Positions 47,562 to 57,868 are shown, numbered from the stretch's first letter. The stretch: 64,000 nucleotides of DNA from Candidatus Magasanikiibacteriota bacterium (GCA_018651085.1 JABIEQ010000014.1:97807-161806); one strand, 5' to 3'. A program made the numbers and translations. Notes: generated by a model from the letters alone, not told the origin.

Positions 47562-48704
47562 TTAATCAATCCAAGAAGAAATAACACCTAATTGATGTTC
47601 CCAACGAAATTGTGCAGACATACGTTCTTTTGCTTGTTCACCAAGTTTTTTGGCATAAGTAGGGTCCTTAAGAATCTTAACAATAGTGTCAGCAATAACA
47701 GCATCCCCATCCTGACGAACATCCACCATAAGACCAGTTTGCGTATGCAACACAGCTTCTTCCACTCCCCCACTTTTTCCAGCAACAACAGGAATACCAG
47801 CAGCGGCAGCTTCTAAAAATACCAAACCAAGCCCTTCTTCTTGTCCTTCATCTGGATGTGTAAGCAAAGTAAATAAATCAGCAAGATAATAATACGGAAC
47901 TAATTGCTCATGTGGGACTTCACCAATAAAACGAACAACATTTTGTAAATGATGTTCACGAATCAATTCAAGGATATAGGCTTGTTTTTCCCCAGAACCA
48001 ATAATACACCACACAAGATCTGGCACTTCTTTTACAACACGTGAAAGGACTCGTACAAGATGAGGAAACCCTTTGCCATCAACAAGTCGAGAAACAGAAA
48101 GCATAACCCGCTTACCAACAAGAGCATATTGAGCTCGTAAATCATTCAACATCTGATCTTCAGGTTTACTAAAAAACATTGCATCAGGGCAAGGGTACAG
48201 CACTTGAGATTTGTTCTCAAATTGTGGGAACACTCGTAAAAATCGTTTCTTCAATGACTCACTATTAAAAATCATTTGCTCACTCTTTTCAACAGCAACA
48301 CGCATCATCCGACGTTTCCATGTATTTTTAGTGCCTAACAGTACATCTGTTCCATGAGAAAAAACAAGGTAAGGGACCTTTAGTGCTCGTTTAAGCATTC
48401 TGGCAACATACCCAACAGGAAGAACATGATGAACAAGAACAAGATTAATCTGATACTCTTTAATTAATTTTCTTGCTGTAAAAAATAATGGAAACCAGCG
48501 TGGCCAAATAAACTTTGGAGATAATTGTTTTTTTCTCACAATAGTATACGGTTGTTTATCGTCCCATGCTTTTGTACCTTCAGCTATAGGCGCATAGACG
48601 ATGATATCTTTGGCAGATAATGCTCCTGCGAATTGATGAATATAGTTAGCCACACCACCAACATCAGGATAATAATCAAGGGTGATAAGTAAAATCCGTT
48701 TCAT
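47562..48704 (-). CDS. Family 4 glycosyltransferase (GT-B)
   Basis: EGLGLVFLEAAAAGIPVVA motif. Confidence 0.85.
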   Translation of the reverse strand: MKRILLITLDYYPDVGGVANYIHQFAGALSAKDIIVYAPIAEGTKAWDDKQPYTIVRKKQLSPKFIWPRWFPLFFTARKLIKEYQINLVLVHHVLPVGYVARMLKRALKVPYLVFSHGTDVLLGTKNTWKRRMMRVAVEKSEQMIFNSESLKKRFLRVFPQFENKSQVLYPCPDAMFFSKPEDQMLNDLRAQYALVGKRVMLSVSRLVDGKGFPHLVRVLSRVVKEVPDLVWCIIGSGEKQAYILELIREHHLQNVVRFIGEVPHEQLVPYYYLADLFTLLTHPDEGQEEGLGLVFLEAAAAGIPVVAGKSGGVEEAVLHTQTGLMVDVRQDGDAVIADTIVKILKDPTYAKKLGEQAKERMSAQFRWEHQLGVISSWID

Positions 48705-48711
48705 ATAATAA

Positions 48712-50142
48712 TTATCGTTTTAAAAGAAGAACAGCTTCACGAAGTTGAGAAATAGTAATTGATCGAGTCATAAATAGCATTATCGGGTAAATCAACACAC
48801 CAAAGGCAATTGCCACTAAAAAATAGACATATTGATTTATATACCACACCAATAATCCCATGACCACGCCAGAAAACCCCACACGAAGGATGACTGAGAT
48901 GATATACCGATATGATACCACAATAACTTGCGGAACAAACCACCACCCTAAGCAAACCAATAACACATCACTTATAAGCGCTGCACTTGCCGCCCCTACC
49001 ACGCCATACCGAGGAAGAAGAAAAATATTACAACAAATATTTACAACCATAACTACCCCGAAGATACTGGTTTGCGTTACTTGTCTATCACAAGCATTTA
49101 AAAACGCTCCAACAAGGAAACTAATAAATGAAAATGTTAAACCGGTAATTAAAATTTGAAGTGGTAACACTGATGGCAAAAACGTCTCAGTGTATACTTC
49201 TAATACAATGTCATTTGCTAAAACAGCAATACCGATAGAAATGGGTATAGCCACAATAAAAAGATATGTAAATGATCGTTCAAATAGATGCTTAAGTTTA
49301 TCTTTTTGATATAAAAAACATTCACTAAACCGTGGGTACAACGCAGCAATAAGAGCAAATGGTAAAAACTGAAATGCAAATGTTATTTTATACGCAATTG
49401 CATACCAACCAGCAGCTTCTGTTGAAATAAATTTGGGAAGAAGTAATGTGTCGATATATGCATACACTCTAGCAAAAATGGCCGCTAACGCAAATGGTGC
49501 AGCAATCTTTATAAGAGATTTAAAAATAACTGGATCATACGAAAATATAACTTTAACGCCATACCGAAGAAAAAGAATGAGACTCACATACAACACATTA
49601 AGTGCACTAGGAATAGTAAACGCAAGAATAAGCCATACCATTGGCCAACCTAAATACAATGCGAGCCCCCCTATAATAAGGGTAATAACTTGGCTTACAA
49701 CAATACCAATTGCTTCAAAAGATAATGTCTTATACACACGAAGGACACCGTATAAAGATAGATGAAAAGAATCAAAAAGCATGGTAATACCAGAAATATA
49801 TACCAACTTTTTAATCAACGGATCATAATCAAATACATTCACGACAACAACAAGAGTAATATAACTTAATAATCCAAATATAATTTTAACAGAAAGAACT
49901 GTCGACAAGTATGATTGAATCTTATCGCGATATTTTGCAGCTTCACGAATTAAAACATTACTAAGCCCAAGATCAACAAACACCACAAATACTACAGTAA
50001 AAGCAAGAGCCGTGGTATATATACCAAGTTGGGTATCCCCTAAAAATCTCGCAATAATGGTAAAATAAATAAACGAGACAATCTTTTGTCCCACAGAGGC
50101 AAGCGTCATGAACGCAGTATTTTTTGCAACAGAAGTCGACAT
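48712..50142 (-). CDS. Polysaccharide flippase (MOP/Wzx-like)
   Basis: About 14 TM helices. Start set to the internal Met so that it clears the upstream terminator. Confidence 0.7.
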   Translation of the reverse strand: MSTSVAKNTAFMTLASVGQKIVSFIYFTIIARFLGDTQLGIYTTALAFTVVFVVFVDLGLSNVLIREAAKYRDKIQSYLSTVLSVKIIFGLLSYITLVVVVNVFDYDPLIKKLVYISGITMLFDSFHLSLYGVLRVYKTLSFEAIGIVVSQVITLIIGGLALYLGWPMVWLILAFTIPSALNVLYVSLILFLRYGVKVIFSYDPVIFKSLIKIAAPFALAAIFARVYAYIDTLLLPKFISTEAAGWYAIAYKITFAFQFLPFALIAALYPRFSECFLYQKDKLKHLFERSFTYLFIVAIPISIGIAVLANDIVLEVYTETFLPSVLPLQILITGLTFSFISFLVGAFLNACDRQVTQTSIFGVVMVVNICCNIFLLPRYGVVGAASAALISDVLLVCLGWWFVPQVIVVSYRYIISVILRVGFSGVVMGLLVWYINQYVYFLVAIAFGVLIYPIMLFMTRSITISQLREAVLLLKR

Positions 50143-50163
50143 ATATACTTTATAGTGTACCAG

Positions 50164-50192
50164 AAAACAAAAAACCCGCAATCGCGGGTTTC
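50164..50192 (-). terminator. Rho-independent terminator downstream of rpsI, minus strand
   Basis: CCCGC-gatt-GCGGG hairpin followed by TTTTTGTTTT on the minus strand. Confidence 0.7.
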
Positions 50193-50205
50193 GATAATAT
50201 ACTGT

Positions 50206-50616
50206 TTAACGCTTTCTCCACTGTGTTCGTTTTCGCGCTTTCTTCAAACCATACTTCTTTCGTTCAGATGATCGTGAATCACGAGACAAAAATCCTTCTG
50301 CCTTAAGTAGTGGTTTTAATGCTTCGTCCCATTTCACAAGTCCACGAGCAATACCATGACGAACAGCTTCTGCTTGTGAGTTTACTCCCCCACCAGCAAC
50401 TTTCACAGATACGTCCATTGAATCAACTCTGTTTGTTACACGAAGTGGATCAAGAACTTTTTGTTGAGAAAGTGGCATTGGAAAATAATCTGTAAGCGCT
50501 TTACCGTTCACAATAATTTCTCCTTTTCCAGGAGTAATACGAACACGTGCTGACGAAGTTTTTCGTCGCCCTACTGATCGTTGCATTGTTTCATCTTTTT
50601 TAGCCATATATATCAA
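50206..50616 (-). CDS. rpsI: 30S ribosomal protein S9
   Basis: C-terminal KKYGLKKARKRTQWRKR. Confidence 0.9.
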   Translation of the reverse strand: MIYMAKKDETMQRSVGRRKTSSARVRITPGKGEIIVNGKALTDYFPMPLSQQKVLDPLRVTNRVDSMDVSVKVAGGGVNSQAEAVRHGIARGLVKWDEALKPLLKAEGFLSRDSRSSERKKYGLKKARKRTQWRKR

Positions 50617-50623
50617 AAGTACG

Positions 50624-50995
50624 TTATACGTTAACGGTAAGCCGCTTCATCATTTCATTACGAAGTCTATTTTTTGGAAGCATACCATACACAGCACGAC
50701 GGATAACTTCACCAGGACTTTCATCAAATACTTTCTTCATTGGTGTTCGTTTCAATCCACCAGGATATTGTGAATGATGAAAATAATCCTTTTGTACAAG
50801 TTTTTTACCAGTAAATTTCAATTGCTCAGCATTAATTACTGTCACAAAATCTCCAGCATCAATATGTGGGGCAAATGTAGGTTTATTTTTTCCACGTAAA
50901 AGCATGGCAATTTGAGTTGCAATTCGTCCAGGAGATTTCCCTGCGGCATCAATAGTATGTATTTCTCGTGTTGCATCCATATTATACAAGTTCAA
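50624..50995 (-). CDS. rplM: 50S ribosomal protein L13
   Basis: IDA.GK..GRIAT.IA.LL.GK motif. Confidence 0.85.
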   Translation of the reverse strand: MNLYNMDATREIHTIDAAGKSPGRIATQIAMLLRGKNKPTFAPHIDAGDFVTVINAEQLKFTGKKLVQKDYFHHSQYPGGLKRTPMKKVFDESPGEVIRRAVYGMLPKNRLRNEMMKRLTVNV

Positions 50996-51332
50996 TTCGT
51001 GCTATTGGTGATCCATCACTTTGACGAAAACCAAGCTTAATAATACGTGTGTATCCGCCAGCACGATCTTTGTACCGTGGCGCAATATCATCCATAAGCA
51101 TATTAAGTACTTTATCTGTATAAAGAACTTTAATAAGCTGACGTCTATTTGCTAGAGTACCAGTTTTTGCTTTTGTAATAAGTGGTTCAACAAATGGACG
51201 AAGTGCCTTCGCTTTTGCAAGAGTCGTTTCAATACCACCGTGCAAAATAAGACTTTCAGCTAAACTTCGCATCAACGCTATTCGTTGTGCTTTAACTCGT
51301 CCTAATGTTTTTCCTTTCTTTTTATGACGCAT
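50982..51332 (-). CDS. rplQ: 50S ribosomal protein L17
   Basis: MRHKKKGKTLGR N-terminus. Confidence 0.9.
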   Translation of the reverse strand: MRHKKKGKTLGRVKAQRIALMRSLAESLILHGGIETTLAKAKALRPFVEPLITKAKTGTLANRRQLIKVLYTDKVLNMLMDDIAPRYKDRAGGYTRIIKLGFRQSDGSPIARIELV

Positions 51333-51345
51333 ACACTATTATTTC

Positions 51346-52086
51346 TTATGCTTCTTCCGGCTCTGTTGCTGGAGCTTCTTTTGAAGAAGGCATTTCACCA
51401 CTTGCTCCCAAAACGAGCGTAAAGTGATCCATTAAAATTGTTGTAGCTTTTGCTACTGCTTCTTGCGCATTAATCGTACCGTTTGTTTCAATAGTAATCG
51501 TAAGTTTCTCGTAATCAGTAACATCACCTACACGAGTATTCTCTACACCATATCCAATATTTCTTACTGGAGTATAAAGTGAGTCAATAGCAATAGTTCC
51601 AAGATCCATTCCTTTTGTTTCTTTTTCAGAAACAGGAACATATCCTCGCCCTTTTTTCACCGTAATATCCATTGATAATGTTTTACTTGCATCAGTAAGT
51701 GTTGCAAGAACAAGCTCTGGATTTACAATTTCTACATCACTATTTTTTTCAAAATCTCCTGCAGTAACAGGTCCTTTTCCTTTTTTATTTAAAGAAAGAG
51801 TAATAGGTTCGTCAGAAAAACAACGAACAGCAACCAATTTAGCATTCAAAATAATTTCAATCACGTCTTCTTTCACACCTTCAATAGCAGAAAATTCATG
51901 CTGAACACCGTCAATCTTAATAGAGTCAATTGCGGCACCAGGAAGAGATGATAAAAGAACTCTTCGAAGCGCATTCCCAATCGTTGTTCCATATCCTTTG
52001 TGACATGGAGTAACAACAAGTTTACCGACATTTGGTTTGTCAGTCTCCTCGAAAGCAACGGTTGTTGGCAATAAAATTTGCTCCAT
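51346..52086 (-). CDS. rpoA: DNA-directed RNA polymerase alpha subunit, N-terminal domain only (246 aa)
   Basis: Alpha-NTD dimerisation and beta/beta'-binding motifs are present. There is no alpha-CTD, and only a 13-nt gap separates it from rplQ. Confidence 0.8.
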   Translation of the reverse strand: MEQILLPTTVAFEETDKPNVGKLVVTPCHKGYGTTIGNALRRVLLSSLPGAAIDSIKIDGVQHEFSAIEGVKEDVIEIILNAKLVAVRCFSDEPITLSLNKKGKGPVTAGDFEKNSDVEIVNPELVLATLTDASKTLSMDITVKKGRGYVPVSEKETKGMDLGTIAIDSLYTPVRNIGYGVENTRVGDVTDYEKLTITIETNGTINAQEAVAKATTILMDHFTLVLGASGEMPSSKEAPATEPEEA

Positions 52087-52145
52087 ACAAGAAAATGATT
52101 ATGCAATAATATCCGTCAGTGTGACAGGCAGATACTACTGATAAA

Positions 52146-52769
52146 TTAGCGTGTTGAGTAGTACTCAATGATGAGTTTTACATCAAATGTTTTTTCAAAA
52201 TTTTCCTCTAACGGGGTGTTCAACACTTTTCCTGTTTGCGCTTTCGCGTCAACAGAAAGCCATCCAGGAACTTCCACATGTGATAATCTTTCGGTTAACT
52301 CATGAAATACCCCTTTTTTCTTTTTATTTTCTTTTAATGCAATGACATCCCCTGTCTTTACTAAGTATGATGGAATATTCATCTTCTTTCCGTTCACCGT
52401 AAACATGTTATGGCTTACAAACTGTCTTGATTGTGCACGAGTAATCGCAAAACCGAGACGATACACAACATTATCAAGACGAGATTCAAGAATTTGGTGA
52501 AGATTCACTCCAGAATCTCCATCACGTCTATTTGCCTCTTTCATGTACCCACGAAGTTGTTTTTCACGCAATCCATAGACAAATTTCGCTTTTTGCTTTT
52601 CAGCAAGTTGACGTCCATATCCAGATAAAGACTTTCGTCGTTTAGTAGGACCATGAACACCCGGCGCTTGTTTAAGACGACGAGAAACCTTAGCTGGATT
52701 TGATTTTAACCAAAGGTTAATACCAAACCGTCTTGCAATTTTATTTTTTGGCCCAATATATCTTCCCAT
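52146..52769 (-). CDS. rpsD: 30S ribosomal protein S4
   Basis: MGRYIGPKNKIARRFG N-terminus. Confidence 0.9.
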   Translation of the reverse strand: MGRYIGPKNKIARRFGINLWLKSNPAKVSRRLKQAPGVHGPTKRRKSLSGYGRQLAEKQKAKFVYGLREKQLRGYMKEANRRDGDSGVNLHQILESRLDNVVYRLGFAITRAQSRQFVSHNMFTVNGKKMNIPSYLVKTGDVIALKENKKKKGVFHELTERLSHVEVPGWLSVDAKAQTGKVLNTPLEENFEKTFDVKLIIEYYSTR

Positions 52770-52778
52770 AAAAAATCA

Positions 52779-53180
52779 TTATACCCGTCTACGTTTTCGC
52801 GGACGACATCCATTATGAGGAATTGGAGTAACATCCTTAATAGATAATACTTGAATTCCATTTGTATTAAATGCACGAATAGCCGCTTCTCGACCACCAC
52901 CGATACCTTTTACAGATACGGTTACTTCTTTAAGCCCATGATCTTTAATAGCTTCAACAACACGTTTCACCACTTGTCCTGCAGCATACGGCGTTGCTTT
53001 TTTAGGTCCTTTAAACCCAACCATACCAGCACTTGCCCATCCAAGAACATCACCATTTTGATCAGCAACACTTACAATAGTGTTGTTAAAGGTTGCTTGA
53101 ACATAAGCACGACCATGTCCAACTTGCTTAATGATCTTTTTCTTGTTTTTATTCTTTTTTCGAACAACTTTCTTTGCCAT
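52779..53180 (-). CDS. rpsK: 30S ribosomal protein S11
   Basis: NGCRPRKRRRV C-terminus. Confidence 0.9.
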   Translation of the reverse strand: MAKKVVRKKNKNKKKIIKQVGHGRAYVQATFNNTIVSVADQNGDVLGWASAGMVGFKGPKKATPYAAGQVVKRVVEAIKDHGLKEVTVSVKGIGGGREAAIRAFNTNGIQVLSIKDVTPIPHNGCRPRKRRRV

Positions 53181-53196
53181 ATATCAAGAAACTAGA

Positions 53197-53589
53197 TTAT
53201 GTTTTTTGTGCAGAAGGTTTTTTCCCACTTGATGCACGGTTACGAACGTTTCCACGAGAAGTACGTGAATTTGTCTTCGTTCGTTGTCCTCTTGAAGGAA
53301 GACGACGAGTATGACGTATACCTCTATAACACTTAATATCACGAAGGCGTTTCACATTCGAAGTAATTTGACGACGAAGGTCACCTTCAGTTGTGTATTG
53401 ACTTTCAACAATGCTTCGAATCTTATCTTCTTGATCACGAGTAAGATCTTTCACTCGTGTAACCGGATCAATCTGAGCAACATTCATAATGTGCTCTGCT
53501 GATGTAGGACCGATACCATATACATAGGTAAGGGCGATAAGTAATCGTTTTTGTTTCGGTATAGTTGTTCCTGAAATACGCATAATCAA
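53197..53589 (-). CDS. rpsM: 30S ribosomal protein S13
   Basis: IALTYVYGIG and a basic C-tail. Confidence 0.9.
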   Translation of the reverse strand: MIMRISGTTIPKQKRLLIALTYVYGIGPTSAEHIMNVAQIDPVTRVKDLTRDQEDKIRSIVESQYTTEGDLRRQITSNVKRLRDIKCYRGIRHTRRLPSRGQRTKTNSRTSRGNVRNRASSGKKPSAQKT

Positions 53590-53594
53590 TAATC

Positions 53595-53735
53595 TTACGC
53601 AGCCTTTACACGCTGCTTTTTCTTTCCTTGACGTTGCTTGTGACGAGGATTTTCACATATAACATGAACAACGCCTCGACGACGAACGATTTTACATTTG
53701 TCGCATCTTTTAGATACACCAGCTTTTACTTTCAT
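53595..53735 (-). CDS. rpmJ: 50S ribosomal protein L36
   Basis: [37 protein letters not shown]. The upstream 27 aa in the ORF track are rejected as an extension. Confidence 0.85.
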   Translation of the reverse strand: MKVKAGVSKRCDKCKIVRRRGVVHVICENPRHKQRQGKKKQRVKAA

Positions 53736-53848
53736 ATACAAGGAAAAATTATCATCAAAAAAATACCAACCCACTGCCGCGATATCGTTGCGTCGCCTAC
53801 GAGGGTAACGCTCCACCGCAATGGTTGATACTCTTTATTACAATTAAA

Positions 53849-54067
53849 TCAAAATCGATAAGTAATACGTCCATTTTTCAAATCATATGGACTCAACTCT
53901 ACTTTCACTTCATCTCCTACGCTGAGCATGATTCGAAACCGACGTAACTTTCCACCTAAATAGGCAATCATTTCATGATCATTTTCAAGTCGAACACGAA
54001 ACTTTGCTCCGGGAAGCATTTCTTCAATCGTTCCACGAACTTCTAGTACGTTTGACTTTTTAGCCAT
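53849..54067 (-). CDS. infA: Translation initiation factor IF-1
   Basis: 72-aa S1-like OB fold ([21 protein letters not shown]). Confidence 0.9.
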   Translation of the reverse strand: MAKKSNVLEVRGTIEEMLPGAKFRVRLENDHEMIAYLGGKLRRFRIMLSVGDEVKVELSPYDLKNGRITYRF

Positions 54068-54214
54068 GAATCTAAAACTATTAATCTGGCGCTATTTTAC
54101 AAGAAATAATCATCCTTGTCAAGAAAGCCAGGTAAATAAACAAAATAATAAAAATTTAGCTATATACAGGTAAAAAGTATCACAACCTTATCAATCCTGA
54201 ATAGTTATACACAC

Positions 54215-54694
54215 CTACGCCGATATCTCAATCTCAGTATCTTTATACACCCAATACTTATATAAAAAGAAATTCCATGAGACCATAAGAGCAATGGTAC
54301 CAATGCGAACTAAGCGATAATCATATGAAAGAAGATCATGAAAGATGTACATGAGAAGTACGGATATTCCATAATTACAGGCAGCTAATATAAAATATCT
54401 CACCAATTGTGTATGCGGAATAGCCGTATTTCGAAAAGACCAATATTTATTAAGTGTGAAATTATACCCAAGAACAATGGATTGATTAACAATCACAGCA
54501 AAAACAGGAGTCCATCCAAATACTGTCGTAAAAAAAATAAGCGTCGAAAGATCAATAACGAGTCCAGATACTCCAACGACAACATATTTCACAAATTGAT
54601 GCCGAAGTGACCAAAAATAATCACATGTTTTACGAATCATAAAAAAAGTATAACACAGAAATAAAAAGAAAGAAAAAAGCCCTAATATAAACAA
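54215..54694 (-). CDS. GtrA-family membrane protein
   Basis: 4-TM ORF with the GtrA-like motifs VVGVSGLVIDL and NKYWSF. Confidence 0.7.
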   Translation of the reverse strand: MFILGLFSFFLFLCYTFFMIRKTCDYFWSLRHQFVKYVVVGVSGLVIDLSTLIFFTTVFGWTPVFAVIVNQSIVLGYNFTLNKYWSFRNTAIPHTQLVRYFILAACNYGISVLLMYIFHDLLSYDYRLVRIGTIALMVSWNFFLYKYWVYKDTEIEISA

Positions 54695-54805
54695 TTTGTT
54701 TAAATGAATGCACTATTTACAAAAATAATTGCATAATCAACCATACCTTGTATGATACAAATGACACGAATACACACATCCATTATTATTGTCTAAGGAG
54801 GAAGT

Positions 54806-55684
54806 ATGATTACTCATCTAAGTGATTCGCTCAAAGAAAACGTCGTGGTACTCCTTGGAACAAAGGGAGCATTAAAGGCAGAAGACATTTATCAAATATT
54901 TAAACAAAACAACACCCCCACCACAATACAGGGAATATACCGTCTATTACGACAACTCCAACAATCCGGCGTCGTCATAAAAGAACAACATAGATACAGT
55001 CTACGAATATCTTGGGTAACCAATATGAGACTACTTGTAGAAAAAATGGAAAATACATATTCAGACACAAGCTATCTTGAAACATTTATCCCCACACATC
55101 GCGAAGAAAAACGTATTTGGTATTTTAATGATCCAATACGAATGATCGATTTTTGGCACCAAATCCTTATCGTTATTGCTCAATTCACTTATCCATCAAC
55201 AACGCTACACTACTACCCTCATACCTGGCCAGAATTACTTACCCCAAAAAGAACACAACAATTTTATAAAACATATCACCAGCTAGTAAATCATGTGTGC
55301 ACTGTCATTGGTGGAAGAACAACACTTGATAAATTCACACCAAGAGAAATTTCAAAAATATATAGAAAAAACCACTATTACTCCCCACCAGAAGATTACC
55401 CAGAAGAAAGTCGTTCAATGTACATTAGTGTTCTTGACGAATACATTGTAACTATGCGAATAAATAAACGCACAACAGAAATGATTGATACACTCTATCA
55501 GTCAACTGAAAGCCCGGATAAGAGTCCCCTACTTATTAAGGCTATTGCAACACAAAAAACAAAAAATAATATCACATTAAAAAGAGACCCACAAAAAGCG
55601 CGAATATATCAAAAAAAATTCACAAACCTCTTTGGGCCTCTTTATACATCACGAAAAAAATCTCAAGAAGACATTCCTGCTTGA
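54806..55684 (+). CDS. Hypothetical protein with an N-terminal winged-helix-like region
   Basis: A 292-aa ORF preceded by a strong SD (TAAGGAGGAAGT before the ATG). Its 3' end overlaps pyrG convergently by 22 nt. Confidence 0.5.
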   Translation: MITHLSDSLKENVVVLLGTKGALKAEDIYQIFKQNNTPTTIQGIYRLLRQLQQSGVVIKEQHRYSLRISWVTNMRLLVEKMENTYSDTSYLETFIPTHREEKRIWYFNDPIRMIDFWHQILIVIAQFTYPSTTLHYYPHTWPELLTPKRTQQFYKTYHQLVNHVCTVIGGRTTLDKFTPREISKIYRKNHYYSPPEDYPEESRSMYISVLDEYIVTMRINKRTTEMIDTLYQSTESPDKSPLLIKAIATQKTKNNITLKRDPQKARIYQKKFTNLFGPLYTSRKKSQEDIPA

Positions 55685-57300
55685 ACAAAGGCTAAAAACA
55701 ATGGATGTGGAGACAACGGACGAGATTTAAATTCTGGGTGAAATTGTACCCCTACAAAAAATGGGTGATCTTTTAGCTCAACAATTTCAACAAGATCTGA
55801 TTCTGTATTCATACCCACAATTTCTAAACCAGCGGCATGCATTGCATCTTTATAAACATTATTAAACTCATATCGATGTCGATGACGCTCTGAAATATCT
55901 TCTATTCCATAGGCTTCAAAAGATTTCGAACCTGATACAAGAGTACAATCATACGCTCCAAGACGCATAGTTGCTCCATATTTTTCTTCGCGTATATTCT
56001 TTGCTTGATTTGGATTTAAAATAATAATTGGATCAGAAGTATTAGGATCAACTTCAATCGTGTTAGCGGTGCTTTTTCCCATAATATTTCTCGCAAATTC
56101 AACACAAGCAAGTTGCATACCATAACAAAGACCAAAATATGGAACCTTATGTTCACGTGCATATGTAATTGCCATGACAATTCCTTCAATACCACGAGAT
56201 CCAAAACCACCAGGCACTAAAATAGCATCATATGCTGAAAGATTTTCAATGGATGTTGGATCTTTTTCAAAATTTTCTGAATCTACCCACTCAAGTATAG
56301 GTTTAACCCCAAGCTTCCAAGCCGCATGTTTGGCAGCCTCAATAACTGAAATATATGAGTCTGATAAGGTAAATGCACCTGTAGCAAAATATTTTCCTAC
56401 AACAGCAATCTTTATTTCTTTATCAAATGATTTAATCCGTGAAGACAAATCTCGCCATGGTTCCATGTGAGCTTCTCGTAATTCAAGACCAAGAATCTCT
56501 AATAGTTTTACATCAAGTTCTTGTTCGTGAAACAATAATGGCACATCATAAATTGAATCACAATCTGGTGCAGCGATGACAGTTCCTTCCACAAGGTTAC
56601 ACACTTCTGTCAATTTATCACGACGACGTTGATCAAGCCTTTCAGGACCACGGGCAATAATAAAATTCGCTTGAATACCAGCACCATTCAATGTACGCAC
56701 AGCATATTGCGTTGGTTTGGTTTTCATTTCTCCAATATGTGCTGGAAGTGGTAAATAACTTACTAACACAAAAGCAACATCATGAGGATACCGCACTTTC
56801 ATAATACGAGCAGCTTCAAGGAAAAGAAGTACTTGATACTCTCCTACAGTTCCACCAATTTCAATAATAGTAATATCAGCCTCCGCCTTTTCTTGAGCAA
56901 CCATGATCCGTCTAATGATTTCTTCAGGAACATGTGGAACAACCTCAACATCTTCTCCACCATATTCAAGATTTCGTTCTTTTCGGATAACTTCTTGATA
57001 TACCTGCCCGGTCGTCACATAATTCGCACCAGTCATTTTGTTACCGGTAAATCGTTCATAATTACCGAGATCTTGATCAGCCTCAATACCATCTTCTCCA
57101 ATAAATACCTCACCATGCTCAGTTGGACGCATGGTTCCAGCATCAATATTCACATACATGTCACATTTAATATTTGTAACATTGTATCCACGTGTTTTCA
57201 AAATAGCAGTGATCGAAGCAGAGGTAACACCCTTTCCAACACTACTCATCACCCCACCCACAACAAAAATGAACTTCGGCACTTGCTGATCTAAATCCAT
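55663..57300 (-). CDS. pyrG: CTP synthase
   Basis: N-terminal synthetase domain plus a C-terminal class-I glutamine amidotransferase domain (GLCYGMQ, HPEF). Confidence 0.95.
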   Translation of the reverse strand: MDLDQQVPKFIFVVGGVMSSVGKGVTSASITAILKTRGYNVTNIKCDMYVNIDAGTMRPTEHGEVFIGEDGIEADQDLGNYERFTGNKMTGANYVTTGQVYQEVIRKERNLEYGGEDVEVVPHVPEEIIRRIMVAQEKAEADITIIEIGGTVGEYQVLLFLEAARIMKVRYPHDVAFVLVSYLPLPAHIGEMKTKPTQYAVRTLNGAGIQANFIIARGPERLDQRRRDKLTEVCNLVEGTVIAAPDCDSIYDVPLLFHEQELDVKLLEILGLELREAHMEPWRDLSSRIKSFDKEIKIAVVGKYFATGAFTLSDSYISVIEAAKHAAWKLGVKPILEWVDSENFEKDPTSIENLSAYDAILVPGGFGSRGIEGIVMAITYAREHKVPYFGLCYGMQLACVEFARNIMGKSTANTIEVDPNTSDPIIILNPNQAKNIREEKYGATMRLGAYDCTLVSGSKSFEAYGIEDISERHRHRYEFNNVYKDAMHAAGLEIVGMNTESDLVEIVELKDHPFFVGVQFHPEFKSRPLSPHPLFLAFVQAGMSS

Positions 57301-57424
57301 AATAAAAAATTAGATGATAAGTGACGAAAGACAAGAATATCTCCCCTCACACACCATCTAAAATATAAAATACACGCCCAGTATAACATGATTATATCCA
57401 TAAAAAAACTCCCCAAGGGGGAGC

Positions 57425-57868
57425 TTATATTTCAGTAACAAGAACACGAATATCGGCCTCAATACCGGGTCCAAAACGAATCTTTACATGATATTCTCCA
57501 TAATCTTTAATAGCTGAAGAAATCTTGATTTGTTTTGCTAACACCTGTACATCACATTGTTTTTTTATAATTTGAGCAATCTTTTTTGCACCAAGTGCCG
57601 CATATAACCTACCAGAGGCATTCCCCTTCACCGGTATTTTTATTTCTACACCATCAAGAGTACTTATCATATTTTGAGCCTCCGAAAGTTCACGTTCTTG
57701 AAGCTTTTTTTGTTTATTGTCTTGCGCTGCGATGAGAGTAACTGAAGATTTTGTTGCTTTTTTAGCAAGTCCTTTTTTGAACAAAAAGTTACGTGCATAT
57801 CCATCAGCAACCTCTTTTATATCTCCTCTTTTACCTGTTCCTGGAACGTTTTCCAATAGAATAACTTT
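57425..57868 (-). CDS. rplI: 50S ribosomal protein L9
   Basis: [21 protein letters not shown]. Confidence 0.85.
   Translation of the reverse strand, partial: KVILLENVPGTGKRGDIKEVADGYARNFLFKKGLAKKATKSSVTLIAAQDNKQKKLQERELSEAQNMISTLDGVEIKIPVKGNASGRLYAALGAKKIAQIIKKQCDVQVLAKQIKISSAIKDYGEYHVKIRFGPGIEADIRVLVTEI

Noticed and set aside
53736-53816. N-terminal 27-aa extension of rpmJ in the ORF track ([27 protein letters not shown])
   Set aside because: L36 is universally about 37-46 aa, starting MKV(R/K)AS. The extension lies in the intergenic spacer and has no conservation logic.
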